Shown here in pieces: positions 12,760 through 24,595 of a DNA stretch of 64,000 nt. The notes beneath the pieces were generated by a model, which was given only the letters and a program-made list of their open reading frames with translations, was not told where the DNA came from and searched no databases. The position numbers and the translations under genes are program-made. This stretch comes from Psammoneis japonica. Lineage: Eukaryota. Location of the stretch: contig QPGO01000026.1 in the NCBI GenBank assembly GCA_008632985.1, forward strand, positions 372,001 to 436,000, in the 5' to 3' direction. Within the stretch, counting starts at the first letter, position 1, and each line of letters begins with the position of its first letter.

Positions 12760-13260
12760 TGCCATCATGCTCAACAGGGCTCATGGTGATGTTGTGACAG
12801 CAGCAACTTCAAGACAGTGCATCCCTTGCATCATGATGTGCCGGGTCTGCACACCCAACAGTTTCAGAACACCTGTTGGTTCAACTTGCTGTGGCAAAAT
12901 CATCATGTGCAATGCATGCTTTGACATGCACTGTGCTTCCAAGGCTGGAGCAGGAGAAAGATGACCCCTCTTGTGTGTGTGCATTGTTTTGTGACAAGCC
13001 ACACCACCACACGGTGGGAGAACCACATGTGTCCATGCTGCACACTTGGGGGCAAATTTTCATGGATCCTCAGGAGTGCCAGGGGGAGCTCATGAAAAGA
13101 GGCAAATGAAAAGAGTGGCAGCAGAGGCAAGTCCAATCATGCAACAAACAAGCACAGCTCTGGAGGCAATGGCAACAACTGTGGCATTGTGCCAGAGGGT
13201 GACAGCTGCAGCAAAGTTGGTGCAGCTTGCATTTGTCAAACTGGTGTTTTGAGTCTGATG
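12760..13260 (+). pseudogene. Possible RING-like zinc-finger gene relic
   Basis: CIPCIM...STCCGKIIMCNACF...CVCALFC resembles the CCGKxICxGC...CPFC RING of a common diatom family. Weak, because Cys is inflated by the local mutation bias. Confidence 0.25.
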
Positions 13261-13534
13261 CTGACATGGTGGTTCATTTGTGTGGCAGCACTTTGGCAAA
13301 AGGCACCAGCTCTGCACGTGTGGGTGGCATTTGCAAATGTTTTGGCCAGCTTTCTTTCAAGGCACATCATCAAAGCATGCCACACCACAGGTGGTTGGGA
13401 GGGGTGCAACGCAATTTTTCATGTGTTTCACTGTGCCACAAAGTGACAAAATCACACAAATGGCACATTTCTGTTGTGCCAAGTGGCTCATTGTGGCAAG
13501 TGGCCAATGTGGGCACAGACGAGTTCTAGCTCCA

Positions 13535-13897
13535 GGTGGGACCTCGCACTGCTGAACTGCGACATCAACAGTTTTTTGGATCATGCTGCAGGTTGTGCAC
13601 ACAGACAGGTGTGTGACTTTGTTTTATGAAATTTTGTGTCATTTTGTGGTGCACTCTTCATTGAGCCATCTGTCCAACAACTTTTGACATTTTTTGCCAG
13701 AGCTCGATTCTACAATGTGTTGAGAATCATGCAGGGCAGGCACATTTGCAAAAACGTTGAGTGCCAAGAGGCACAAATGCACCACAAACTTGGTCATTTG
13801 TTTGATGTTGAAGACAAATTCATCCATCAATTAAATTCTTGCACTGTGGAGGTCGCACGCAGAGTTCTGCGGGCCCAATGTCACATGGAGTTCCACC
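13535..13897. mobile_element. MITE (GGTGGGAC TIR), mutated copy
   Basis: GGTGGGAC...GTTCCACC flanked by CA/CA. Colinear with the fresh copy at 34327-34682. Confidence 0.85.
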
Positions 13898-14843
13898 CAG
13901 GAACTGGAGGAGCCCATCAACACAAACTTTTGCTCTTCCCCAGTTCAGACACCCAATGACCATGTCACCCTTCAGCTCCTCCTTCCAGTGGATGGGAGGA
14001 CATTGGAGTTGGAGCAAGCTTGGCTCAAAAATCATGCAACAGGACATTCTCTTGGTGGCCGCAAAAACGTTGGGGGTCAGCAAGACAGGTGTCACACCAG
14101 TGTCTGAGATTTTTTCCATGCACCATTTCATCATTGTGCCTGCTCTGTGTTCTGACTTCAGCTGTGGGTTCTTGCGCTGAACCTCTTCCTTTTGCTGGCA
14201 GTCAACCACCGGGATCGACTTGTTGCAAACCGACTCTCCTCCCTCCATTCTCAACAGAAGCTTGTTTGTTTTTTTTTTTGCCTTGCTTCACCTGTGCCAC
14301 TCACCATGCAGTTTGACCATTTTGACCTTGTCAATCATTTCTTTCTGATGCCAAAACTCTGCAACTGTTTGTCAAACCAGTGTTGACAAGTTTGTTGGCT
14401 CGCTGACACTTTTTGCAGCATTCTCAACCTTCAAGCACTCATGTCAACATCTGGCAGTGTTGAGCATTGGGAAGTTGATTGTTCTTCCAAAGAAAACAAA
14501 ACTCCACATCGCCCAACATTGTTGGGAGCTCCAGAGTGTGCAGTGTGCCAACAAGCTCTCCACACCACAGCGGCCAGCAGGCCCTCTTCTTCATGAGGCA
14601 GGCAAGAGCTTGTTTGCTTTTTGTCTTGCTGCGTTTCATCAGTCAACATCATTTGTGTGCCATAACTGCACTGATGTGCATTGCTGGCAGAGACCAGGTG
14701 TGACTTGTGTCATGGTCTCCACGTCTGTGGCCCACTGTGGATTGTCGGTTTGTTGATGCCGCTGCAAGATACAGTAATAAATTGTGCCTTTTTGGATTGA
14801 TTTGCCCCACTGTAATCGTAAGCCCATCGCGTCTAATCATTGT

Positions 14844-16085
14844 ATGACAAACATGCCTGAGAACCTCCGGCACCGTAAAAAGAAGCAGAAGAGAAAGAAC
14901 AATGCTGAAACGACAGCAACTACTGCAAAAATAGATACTCGGACACTGCCGACCCAAAGCAGCAGATCCTCTCTCCATCAATTGCTCTACTATGTCGTTG
15001 GTGCGGTGTGTTTGTTTTGTTTGAGACGAGTCACTCATTACATTACTCTGAAACGTCCCGATTTGGTCAATCAAATCTTTCCGGGTCTTCTTCGACCGGC
15101 TGTTGATTTTATGGATCCTCGTCAAGTGTTGATTGTCGGAACCATGTCGAGCGGAACGTCTCAAGTGGCGTTTGATTTGACAACCAAGTTGGGTCTCGAG
15201 ATTGGTCACGAATTGACGGATGCACTCGATGCACACGTACGAGACGGAAGCTCCAGCTGGTTTCATGGGATACGGTTCTTTCCAGTCGAAAAGAAGCAGC
15301 ATATTATTCACGAACTGTGTTTTAACTTTACCGAGAAAATGGGATTTCATCCTCGACAGTACCACGCCACGTCTTGTTCGGAAAAGAAACCGTGGTATCC
15401 ACTCAGCGAGTGCTGGAGAAACGACTGTATTGATATTTTAAACAAGGAATGGGGCTGTGTAGCTGAAAACGGGTGCAGCGATACTCAGCCCTTTCAAAGG
15501 ACGCTGCTTCAAGTGCGAGACCCGAGAGCGACTGTCGAAAGTCTAGTTGCAAAGTTTTGCAAGGATGAAAACGAAGAGACATCGCTCTATGGAACAATGG
15601 ATGCCGACTGGCTGAAATTTCATAGCATTCTCTTTCAGCATGATTTTCAACAATACAATTGCATCGAGGCTGCCAGCTATTACGTGATGGAGTACAACAA
15701 GATTATGATTCAAGCCTATGAACAAGCCAAGGTAGGAGAAAATGATGAATTTACCAGTTCCATTGATGGCATGTACAAGGTGGAAACAACGCCGCCCTGT
15801 ACAGTTTCCAAGATGGCTGGTTTCATGGATCCCGATGCTGTCGTGTACAAGCCAAATTATGCAAAGATTCGATCCAACTGCGCTCCCGGAAGCGTTGGGA
15901 CACAGCCCATGGGATCCAGTACCAATCAAGTCAACAAGGGACGAGTGCGATTAAATTGGTCGGATTATCATGGTGGAAAATACGGCAGTACGAGGCAAGC
16001 CGGCGACGACTCGTTGGAAAAAGAAATGAGAACGTTTGTGGCGTCCCTTGGCTATGATCCAGATAGTCGGCCACCTCCCAAGTAG
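14844..16085 (+). CDS. Type II membrane sulfotransferase-like protein
   Basis: Long ORF of normal composition with one N-terminal TM helix (LLYYVVGAVCLFCL). LIVGTMSSGT resembles a 5'-PSB loop and LLQVRDP a 3'-PB motif. First ATG taken as start. Confidence 0.65.
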   Translation: MTNMPENLRHRKKKQKRKNNAETTATTAKIDTRTLPTQSSRSSLHQLLYYVVGAVCLFCLRRVTHYITLKRPDLVNQIFPGLLRPAVDFMDPRQVLIVGTMSSGTSQVAFDLTTKLGLEIGHELTDALDAHVRDGSSSWFHGIRFFPVEKKQHIIHELCFNFTEKMGFHPRQYHATSCSEKKPWYPLSECWRNDCIDILNKEWGCVAENGCSDTQPFQRTLLQVRDPRATVESLVAKFCKDENEETSLYGTMDADWLKFHSILFQHDFQQYNCIEAASYYVMEYNKIMIQAYEQAKVGENDEFTSSIDGMYKVETTPPCTVSKMAGFMDPDAVVYKPNYAKIRSNCAPGSVGTQPMGSSTNQVNKGRVRLNWSDYHGGKYGSTRQAGDDSLEKEMRTFVASLGYDPDSRPPPK

Positions 16086-16626
16086 TACGTAGAGTAAAGG
16101 CCACCAATAGAAAGAAGTGTTGTAGCAGCATGACGCTTGATAAGAAAATGCAGATGCCCCAAACCTTCAGTGCCTCTTGAGCATAGCAGTATCTTCAGCT
16201 TCTTGTCATTTCGAGGACACGTCAGTTCCAGACCAAAGCATAAGTCATGCAGTACCCCTTTTGCTTTCCCCGCAAGATGGGTCTACAACTTCTTTGTCAA
16301 TCTGAAACTTTACATAGACACAATAAGGAATTTGGTGCTAGTGCAAGGATATCAGAACGGCGCGTCAGTCTCCGTTGTCAATTTAGCCGCTACTGTACCG
16401 TGCAAATGCATGAGCAGGAAGCATCAGTCCCAAAATCAAAAATTTTCTTCGTTACTACTACTCTTTAAAGACAGCTGTACCAGTATATGGCTTGGTACTG
16501 CTGCGACAAAGTATGAAGGTTACTCCGAGAGCTGCCCATGGTGTAAGTCAAGACGGGATCGCCAGAACGAGCCTCAAAATGATTGAGAAGATCCGCTCCA
16601 GTCTTGGTCTGCTGCCGCAGCAGTCA

Positions 16627-17748
16627 TCAATTCGAACCAATCTTGATATCACAACTCATGGGGTAATGATCGCTGAGATCATTCCCACCAGCATCTGTCG
16701 GTGTCAGATACTCACAGATGGAACCTGATCCCGGTGGCACCGCATTGTCACTCGTATCATACAAGACATGATCCAAGGCACGTTGAGCATCGGTCCCCCC
16801 CGGAATGTCTGGGATAATTAGATTGTTGAGGAGTGGGTCCATGGAATATTTTGTACTGGTGGACTGTAGCTCAATATCGTCTGCACTGAGATCACTCAGC
16901 ATAATCTCATAGAGATCGGGAGTGTTGACCTTGTCCTCGTTGAAATCTCCAACCATGAGAACGAGTTCCTTCTCAATGTTCTGCTCATCCATGAAATTAC
17001 GCATTACCTCAAACTGACGCCGGCGAACGTCGTGATTTTGCACAAAGAACATCGTATGGATATTAAACACGTTGATCATGACCCCATCCTTGTCAATTCG
17101 GGCGTACGACACACCCTTGTCTACAAGACACTCGACCGGACCACAAGCGTCCCTAAAGGCCCGAAACTCATGCTTGACAATGGAATATTTGGAAAAAAGT
17201 GCCAAACCCGATCCAAACGATCCACGGTCGTCGTAAATGTAGTGACAGTATCCCGCTGCAATCATGCCATTACGGATGGCATCTTGTTGGGTCCACACTT
17301 CCTGCAGAGCCACAATGTCGTAGGAATTACCGGGTGATTGGACAAACCAATCTCCGATCCGATCGGCTCGATCTCCTAGTGCCGGAATACCGTCCGCTGC
17401 AATCAAGAGTAAAAAGAGGTTGTAGCTCAATACGAGTACAGCAGATGCATCCTTTAGAGCAGCAGCAGCAGCAGCAGCAGCAGCGCAGTTGGATAGTGAT
17501 GTGCCCTGTTGAAAGGTATAATCCTCGTCGTCGTTGTCCACACACACGCGGAGCCACGTATTGTTGTTGCATACATTATTGGAAAAGAGTCGCTGAACAC
17601 AACAACTGCTTTCACATTGGTTGCTCTTGGTGCATTCACTGCCGTTGGGAAGCAGTGTTTGAGCAGTAGCGGGAATCATCGTGCCAACGAGGACAACCAT
17701 GACGGCCGTCAACATGGAGTATACTACTTGTAGCATTGAGAGCATCAT
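16627..17748 (-). CDS. Secreted sphingomyelinase C-like EEP-superfamily phosphodiesterase with Cys-rich N-terminal module
   Basis: Signal peptide. EEP motifs SYN, LQEV, GSGLALFSKY, KG, H, GDFN, LDHVL and SDHYP. N-terminal CTKSNQCESSCC. Poly-Ala from a (GCT)n run near 17458-17484. Confidence 0.85.
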   Translation of the reverse strand: MMLSMLQVVYSMLTAVMVVLVGTMIPATAQTLLPNGSECTKSNQCESSCCVQRLFSNNVCNNNTWLRVCVDNDDEDYTFQQGTSLSNCAAAAAAAAALKDASAVLVLSYNLFLLLIAADGIPALGDRADRIGDWFVQSPGNSYDIVALQEVWTQQDAIRNGMIAAGYCHYIYDDRGSFGSGLALFSKYSIVKHEFRAFRDACGPVECLVDKGVSYARIDKDGVMINVFNIHTMFFVQNHDVRRRQFEVMRNFMDEQNIEKELVLMVGDFNEDKVNTPDLYEIMLSDLSADDIELQSTSTKYSMDPLLNNLIIPDIPGGTDAQRALDHVLYDTSDNAVPPGSGSICEYLTPTDAGGNDLSDHYPMSCDIKIGSN

Positions 17749-18392
17749 ATTATCGGTGATGATTCGGTATGAATTCAGGGCTATGGTCCAAGCTCTGCAG
17801 TAAATAACACCTCAATACTGTAGTTGGGCCATCGTTGCGGTTTGCGGTTGTTTTGTGAGCGATCTTCAGCGATCGACGATTTTTTTGGCTTCATTCGTCT
17901 GGCGGGCGAAGCGCGAGTGATGACGTGGCAATCGCGCGCTCCCTATTCGTCTGTCTTTGCCGCGACTTTTCGCATGAGCCATGATCCCACCGGTAGAGCA
18001 GATGAGGTGATAATATGAATTACTCTGAGTAAGTAAGATGTGCTTTAGCTAGCAGAGGGGCAAATGATTGATGATGCAGTAGGTTAGTTTTAACGTTATT
18101 TCTGAGTTCAGTAAAGGTCACGTTGCTGTGGTGTTTCAGTGAAGCTTCTCTACCTCTTGGTCAGGTCACATGTCAGTTGTGTTAATCTTCTTCATTTTCA
18201 ATTTTATTTTTCTTCTGCATACCCTCTAGAGATTTGTATAAGATCTTCCAACGCGACAAGCTTCATTTTAAAGTCTATTGTACATGATAAAAGACAATAC
18301 ACAAACAAACCCAAGCACCGGTTTTCAAAATTCAAAATTATTACTGCAGCCAAAACACACCACTACCGCGCACGATAACGTAGTCCCGTCCC

Positions 18393-19193
18393 TTAGCCAA
18401 ACTGTCCGCTTAGTCGTTGCTTTCTCCGCAGGACCGTGACTGTAATTTCACCCGGCAAGGCTGTCAATATGGTCGCCACTTGTTCCGGCGTGACCTCGTC
18501 GCACACAATCTCGTTGATGGAAATGAGTTGATCGTTGGGTTTGAGGGCCGTCCGCTTGAATACACTTGTCTTTTCAATCGACTTGATGCAGAGATATCCA
18601 AATTTCCAAACCACCATTCCCATTTCGTCATAGGTCATTTTTGGTTTTGGTTTGATAATCGTGGCGTGAATCAGAATATCGTCTGCGAATTCCTCCTTGT
18701 TCTTGACCATGACGGACAAAACTCCCTCCTGTTTCAGACTATCCTTCATGAGTTGCTTGGCTCGTTCGGCATTATAACTCGGGCCGATTCGTTTGTCATT
18801 GACGCTCTTAAGGTAATCCCCTGGAATGATACGAGACAATTCCAAACACCCCTCGACAGAAACAACCTTGATTGTGGAGGGCGGTCGGAGTGATAATTTG
18901 GAGCTCTTATTTCTTCGAGCGTCCGGATCGTCTTGGAGCTGTATATCCCAAATCATGGGAGGAATTTTGGGATCTTGATAAAAGGTAAAGGATTTGAGAA
19001 AGGCTTCTCTGGGCATACCAACCACCGAACCGACTTCTGAGGCAAGTTCTGTTGCTGCAACGGAGCGGTCGCTCACCAACCCCACAATCAAGGACATGTC
19101 GACCGTAGGAACAGTACTCGTCGCTCCTGTCGGGAACAAGTCATCCTCCACTTCCGATATATCAATCACTGGTTCTGTGTTGTTCGTCGTCAT
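18393..19193 (-). CDS. Protein with two PDZ-like domains
   Basis: IIPGDYLKSVNDKRI and IKSIEKTSVFKRTALKPNDQLISINE...ITVTVLR match PDZ C-terminal patterns. ATG at 19193. Confidence 0.75.
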   Translation of the reverse strand: MTTNNTEPVIDISEVEDDLFPTGATSTVPTVDMSLIVGLVSDRSVAATELASEVGSVVGMPREAFLKSFTFYQDPKIPPMIWDIQLQDDPDARRNKSSKLSLRPPSTIKVVSVEGCLELSRIIPGDYLKSVNDKRIGPSYNAERAKQLMKDSLKQEGVLSVMVKNKEEFADDILIHATIIKPKPKMTYDEMGMVVWKFGYLCIKSIEKTSVFKRTALKPNDQLISINEIVCDEVTPEQVATILTALPGEITVTVLRRKQRLSGQFG

Positions 19194-19345
19194 GGTTGTT
19201 TCGTTCTCACTACAGCACACCAAACACACAAGAAAGGTGCAGCAAAGGGAAGTGCTGCGAACATGCTGCGAACACACTCGCAAAGTTCGTGTGGTTGAAA
19301 GTTGAAAACATGCAGTCGCGCGGATCGGATTTCATCATCACGACC

Positions 19346-19552
19346 TGGGGGACGTCTTCGGAAGTGAGACTGTCGAAGAAAGTTACGTAGAATTTGTACT
19401 AAAACAGTCTGTCAATCAGTGCGATTGGGTATTTGGGACCTCTGGACAGATCCTACGTGTTTTCTTGCGCGTACAAAATGTACTGGAAAAACCCCCAAAC
19501 GCACTGGCGATCAGACCGCCTTCGACGATCTCACTTCCAAAGACGCCCCCCA
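19346..19552. mobile_element. 207-bp MITE, TIR TGGGGG.., 4-bp TSD GACC
   Basis: TGGGGGACGTCTTCGGAAGTGAGA / TCTCACTTCCAAAGACGCCCCCCA, with gacc on both sides. Near-identical inverted copy at 41719-41925. Confidence 0.92.
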
Positions 19553-19799
19553 GACCGACGTCATCGCAAATGTGAGTCGTGAAACAAGACTTAAGTCGTA
19601 TGTCCATGTCCGATTGGCACTATTCGTACACAGGCGGGTGTGCCATCCACTCAAAACGAAACATCCGTCCATCCGATCCGTCCCATGCATTCTGGCTTGA
19701 GAAAGAGACCAAGCATCGAATGGATGACACTGAGACTCACCCACAATTGAACGAAGCTCAGGTGAGATAGATCAGTCACACACATCTTCTTTTGAAACC

Positions 19800-21242
19800 A
19801 CTGCTGGTGCCTCTTGGATCTTCCTGTCGCATCATCTCATTCTTCTGCCAGCACACTCAACAAGGGAGAGGTGGCCACGGCAGCAAGTTGCTCTAACCCG
19901 GCTTTTTGTCAGTTTGTGTCAGGCACACACATGCTGCAGAGAGGATCGTTTCAACAGTGCTTGGTGGACCACAAGACCACAAGAGAGATGCCTCTACAAA
20001 GAAAGAGGGAGAATCTCTGTTTTGACACCACACAGCCAGCAGCTTGCTTCCAGGAAGCAGACCATCAAGATCTGTCAAGCACCAACAGCAGTCATCCTCT
20101 GCCTGAGATGGGAAAGTTGTTTGTGGTTTTTGCCCATTGGGCCAAGCGCTGCTGCTGCTGGCCCTGTTTCTTTGTCCCCAGGCACTGCTTGTTTGTTGGC
20201 GCAGCTGGTCATGGCGGTTGCAGCCAAAGGCAGCAGATTGCAAGTTGTGAGCTGAGCAAACTGAAGAGGGTTGTTGGCATCATGACAGGAACATCATGCA
20301 TTGCATGACCAAACATCACATTTTTGGATGGCACAAAAGCACTTGCAAGAGATGTCTGTGTTTGTCAGCTTCAAAGAGCTGCACTGCTGCCAGCCAACTT
20401 GACTTGTTGTTGAGCAATGGAAAAAGACCAAACAAGACTTGCATGTGAGCACTTCCTAAAACACCAAAAACACAGGCTGGCAGCAGCAAATGAGGAGTGT
20501 CAGCAGAAAAAAGGGGCATCATGGCTGCAGCCCCCAGCACCAAGAGATGCAACAATGGCGCACACCCCAGAGTGCATTGAGAGGTTTTTTCCACCACACC
20601 AAGGTGGCAGCCATGTTGGGGAGTCAGCAGCTTGCAACCCAGTGGGCACAGAAGTGTGCACCCAAGTGTCTTGTGAACACATTTGCTTTTTTCCACGATT
20701 CTTGGCATCGTGATGAGGTTGAAAATGAGTTTCTTGCATTTCCAGCAGGTGGGGTCATCACTCCTGCTTCTCATGGCATGTCGCCCTGCAGCTGCTTTTG
20801 CAGGACCTTCCCACAGTTCTGAATGTTGCTGCGATGCAAGCTGTTTAAAAAAGCAGAGAATGATTGTGATGACTTCCGCACTGACTTCGGCAAGTTTTGC
20901 AGTGCAACTGTTGATGGCAACGTGCTTGACCAAGGCTTTAGCACAAGGCCCGCTCCACACTGGGGCTCCAATGTCTGGGAGCACAAGGATGAGAATGCCC
21001 AGTTCGAACGCTTCGGCAGGACACTGTGCAACCCAGCTTGTGTTTCAGGTCGAACAGAACATGAAATGAAAATTGGAGATCCCTCTCTAAGCAGGCCTGG
21101 ATGGTTTCGCTTCGAGTGCAGGCACTGCAGTTTGACACATTTTAAGAATTGTTCATGGAAAGGCAAAGCCAGAGAGGGAGATCCTTTCAAGATCGTGTAC
21201 ATTCTCAGGAACAAGAAAACGGGCGAGATCACCAAAGGATAA
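19800..21242 (+). pseudogene. Unidentified degenerate coding sequence
   Basis: Protein-like fragments in + frames (20417-20713, 20823-21242), Tyr-free except the terminal KIVYILRNKK. TA/CG-depleted. Family not recognised. Confidence 0.4.
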
Positions 21243-21555
21243 AAGACAATTTTTTATTCCAGGAGCAAGTTCAAGCACTAAAGTAGCTAGAGAGAGAGAG
21301 AGATAATATCTGTAGGAAAAAGTTGAGCGCTCTAACAAGTCTCCAACAAAATTTGACTGCACGATAAAACACAGTTGCGTGACAAACCCACTGCGACGGG
21401 ATCTTAATGTTGGAATTCACTCATTGGTACGGCAGCGTGCATTCTCAAGAGTACCATCATCCTCTTTCTAGCTCTTGTAGACCTGCGGGGAAGCACACGT
21501 ATGAATATTGCGAGAAACTGCGGCGAAAGGATTTGGAGCAAAGAAAAGTATGGCG

Positions 21556-22287
21556 TTATAGATTGGCTGTCGTCTGACGATCTGTTTGCTTCTCTTGTTT
21601 TTCTTCGGCCTTACGCTTTGCTTCAGCTCGTTCGGTATTTCGTTTCTCTACAGTTCTCTTGTACGCTGGTCTCGATCGGCATAATTCTACATAGTTTGAC
21701 AACATTTCCATATCTTTGCTCGTCTTGATGTCTTCGTTATCGTCTTTGCGTTGCAGATAGTCCCATCCAATCGCGTCCGCCCAGTCCAGCATGTGAACAT
21801 ACATGATGTCTACCACACTAAATTCATTTCCCAACAAATACGGCGAAAGTTGCTTGGCCAGCACTTGGTTGGCGCTTTGGAAACTTCTTTGCGCTTCTTG
21901 AATAATGTTTGGAGTTGCTTTTCCAAAGTGCTCTCCGAGAGCGTCGTGCTTGCGATGAATCCACAATCCAGCGTCCACTTCTGATATGAGCATGTGCATG
22001 GTTTGATCAAACAACGGTCGGGGTGTTGATGTTGGTAAGAAGCGCTTGTGCAAATCTCCCAAGTACGTCAGTATGGCTCCGCTTTCAAAGATGCGTATTG
22101 TGTCGTCAGGCTGATTCTTTGTTGTAGCGATCAAGACGGGCACCTTTCCAAGAGCATGGTGCTGACGAGCCAATTTCGACCAAGGATGAGCAACCACATG
22201 TTGATATTGCACTCCCAATTCTTCCAGCATCCAAATTACACGAAAAGTACGGTACGATGTAGCACCAATCACTTTGAACGAATTCAT
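21556..22287 (-). CDS. Glutathione S-transferase
   Basis: RTFRVIWMLEELG, GKVPVL, IFESGAILTYL and PYLLGNEFSVVDI are GST N- and C-domain motifs. Confidence 0.93.
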   Translation of the reverse strand: MNSFKVIGATSYRTFRVIWMLEELGVQYQHVVAHPWSKLARQHHALGKVPVLIATTKNQPDDTIRIFESGAILTYLGDLHKRFLPTSTPRPLFDQTMHMLISEVDAGLWIHRKHDALGEHFGKATPNIIQEAQRSFQSANQVLAKQLSPYLLGNEFSVVDIMYVHMLDWADAIGWDYLQRKDDNEDIKTSKDMEMLSNYVELCRSRPAYKRTVEKRNTERAEAKRKAEEKQEKQTDRQTTANL

Positions 22288-22806
22288 GGTTATCTTTCTG
22301 TTGTTGATTTCTTCAGGTATGGGTTTTTCCAGAGTAGTATACGAAACTTAGCTACAGGAGAGCTTTATCCATTCCGAACGAAAGCCTTAGTTGTTGTGCT
22401 ACTTGTAGCGTTAGTCGCTCTATTCTTTAGGAGTACAATTCTTTTACTACAGTGCCGGCAGCTGAAAGCCTTCAATCAAGTCTCGTCGGGATTGCATCCC
22501 GGTAATTTTCTTGCCATTTTTTTCGATTTTTTGATTTCCAGCGACTTCCCTGCCTCCAAACATTACCGGTATGTCGTCTGCCTGTCGTCAGTCAGATTTA
22601 AGCCTAACAAGGTGTAAAAGGTAGGCCCTATTGCTACTCTTCAATTTGATTGATTGTTTGTGAAAGATACTCTCTAAAACACTACCCCTGAAGTCTATTT
22701 ATTCTCTCTAGCGATAGGGTTATTTCGATCAGTCGTTTGCAGGTAGCCATACTCTAGTCACGCTTTGAGGTTCACCTCATCCACTCACAGACCTACATGA
22801 CAACGT

Positions 22807-23799
22807 TCAAACCAATGTAGAAGAGTTACAAGTGATCTGACTTGCAGGATATTCCCTTGGATACTTTAGATGAACTCCTTCGTCCACCCTTTCTTTCATT
22901 GTTTCCCAAGAGCTGGTGTCTCCCGGTGTCATGCATGTAAACATTGTGCGATTAAAAAATCGAACCTTTGGTCCATAGAGTCTTTCTTCATTCCATCTCA
23001 ACAAAAGCAGCCGTTCCGAGTTGGAGTATTTGTCCTGTAGAAATTCTTTGTACCGATATGGATTGGCAAGGAGTGGCGGCAATATATCGAGTGCTTTCAG
23101 AACGTACTCGGAATTTACCACCAAATGTCGATCTGTAACCCCACCATAAAATTCGCCGAGTGGTATCCACATAAAGCTGGAGTCAAGCTCGGATACATTA
23201 TGTGGACAAAGGTAGTAATGATCATTTCTTGAAATGATGAACCGGTCGTAGCGCTTTGTCAAGTTGAGTTCTTGTATTCTCTGGGAAAGAAACCATCGTA
23301 GCATAAAGACAATGGCGCCGCTTCCTCGAATGCCATCCACTCCTCCCAACAGTATACTATCATTGTGATGCAAAGGCAAGACAGTATCCCTCCAAGCATT
23401 ACCGTTGATCAAGTCAATGGCATCAGCCCAATCGTGGTAGTCGGGGACCGTCCAAACAAACTTGGCTCGTTCCAGTAATGACGCATTTTGGTATTCTTCA
23501 GATGGCTGTTGCGTCAAAAGTGCCAAGTCGGCATTATTCACATCGAGCACATTTCTATAAAGGCTTTCCCATGCCAGTTCTCCGCATCTCAAGTTTCCAG
23601 TCAAAAGTACAATTGTTCTGTTTGGCATGACATGCGTCATCCGAGCGGATGATTTATTACCCGTGCTTGTCGTCTTTTGCAGTTTGACATGTAGCGAAGC
23701 CAAAGAAGCGATATAGAGAAGCGCTACTCCAATCAGCCATCGCCGTTTCATCCACCATGGTCTGTTGCGCCGCGAGGAGGATTGAAAGGAATGACGCAT
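22807..23799 (-). CDS. Type II membrane protein, putative glycosyltransferase-like
   Basis: 330-aa ORF with N-terminal TM. Motifs IVLLTGNLR, YDRFIISRNDHYYLC and YGGVTDRH. Function uncertain. Confidence 0.7.
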   Translation of the reverse strand: MRHSFQSSSRRNRPWWMKRRWLIGVALLYIASLASLHVKLQKTTSTGNKSSARMTHVMPNRTIVLLTGNLRCGELAWESLYRNVLDVNNADLALLTQQPSEEYQNASLLERAKFVWTVPDYHDWADAIDLINGNAWRDTVLPLHHNDSILLGGVDGIRGSGAIVFMLRWFLSQRIQELNLTKRYDRFIISRNDHYYLCPHNVSELDSSFMWIPLGEFYGGVTDRHLVVNSEYVLKALDILPPLLANPYRYKEFLQDKYSNSERLLLLRWNEERLYGPKVRFFNRTMFTCMTPGDTSSWETMKERVDEGVHLKYPREYPASQITCNSSTLV

Positions 23800-23909
23800 G
23801 ACGCATCATCTTGACCATGGCCGCCACGAAAACGAGTGGCGATTCAATAGATGCGTTGGATTTCAGTGCTGTAGGCTATTCCAATTCAACGGACAAAATC
23901 TGTGTTTTC

Positions 23910-24096
23910 AGATCAAAAATTTCAAATTCAACGGTTATTTACCTTCATCGACAGAAATAACAACATAAAAAGCGTGGAGCACGTCAGCTCCCGAACCCCG
24001 TTGGCCTCATTGGACACGACACCAACAACGGCGACAATGGCGGTTCCAATTCGATGCCCACAAAGCCTCCTGCCAAAAGAGCAAGAGCAGAGACTA
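23910..24096 (+). repeat. Dispersed direct repeat, second copy at ~26218-26405
   Basis: aaaaatttcaaattcaa...ggagcacgtcagctcc.gaaccccgttggcctcattggacacgacaccaaca...gccaaaagagcaa is shared. Confidence 0.9.
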
Positions 24097-24129
24097 AGCA
24101 ATGGACTTAACAGGAGCACTAGCAGACAC

Positions 24130-24595
24130 GAGTTCGCAACAAACCTTCGCCGATTGAAGAGACTCGTGGAAGTGCAAAGACGCAGAACGTTGCAACTTGT
24201 GTGTTTTTTGCATGGTGCAGGTGGAAGCGGTAAATCAACCACAATAGACCTCGTCATGGAATATGGAAGAGAGTATTGCTTGCTTGTCAAGCAGCCACTC
24301 ACAACAAGCACAATCAGAACAACTGCACTGACCGGAGTGGCTGCGACCATTCTCAAAGGGGGCACAATCCACCGAGTTGCATGCCTCATGAGAAGAAAGC
24401 AAACAACCGAAGAGCAGATTGAAGCCAGGTCAGACACAAGACTTTGGGTGGTAGACGAGATATCTTTTGCAAGCAAGAGAGAACTGGAGAAACTCCACGA
24501 GAATTTAACAGTGTCGAAGAGCGAATTAAGCAAGCCGCACGGTGGCATCAACATCGTTTTTGCAGGTGACCTCAGGCAACTAGAACCAGTCGGAA
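24130..24595 (+). pseudogene. PIF1-family helicase fragment (Helitron-like), motifs I-III only
   Basis: FLHGAGGSGKS (Walker A), TALTGVAA, GGTIH, VVDEIS (Walker B) and FAGDLRQLEPV. Similarity stops after motif III. Confidence 0.85.

Noticed and set aside
6250..14750. Many Cys/His-rich ORFs as metal-binding proteins or evidence of an alternative genetic code
   Set aside because: They overlap in all frames and follow from TA/CG loss. Neighbouring real genes use Tyr and TAA/TAG normally.
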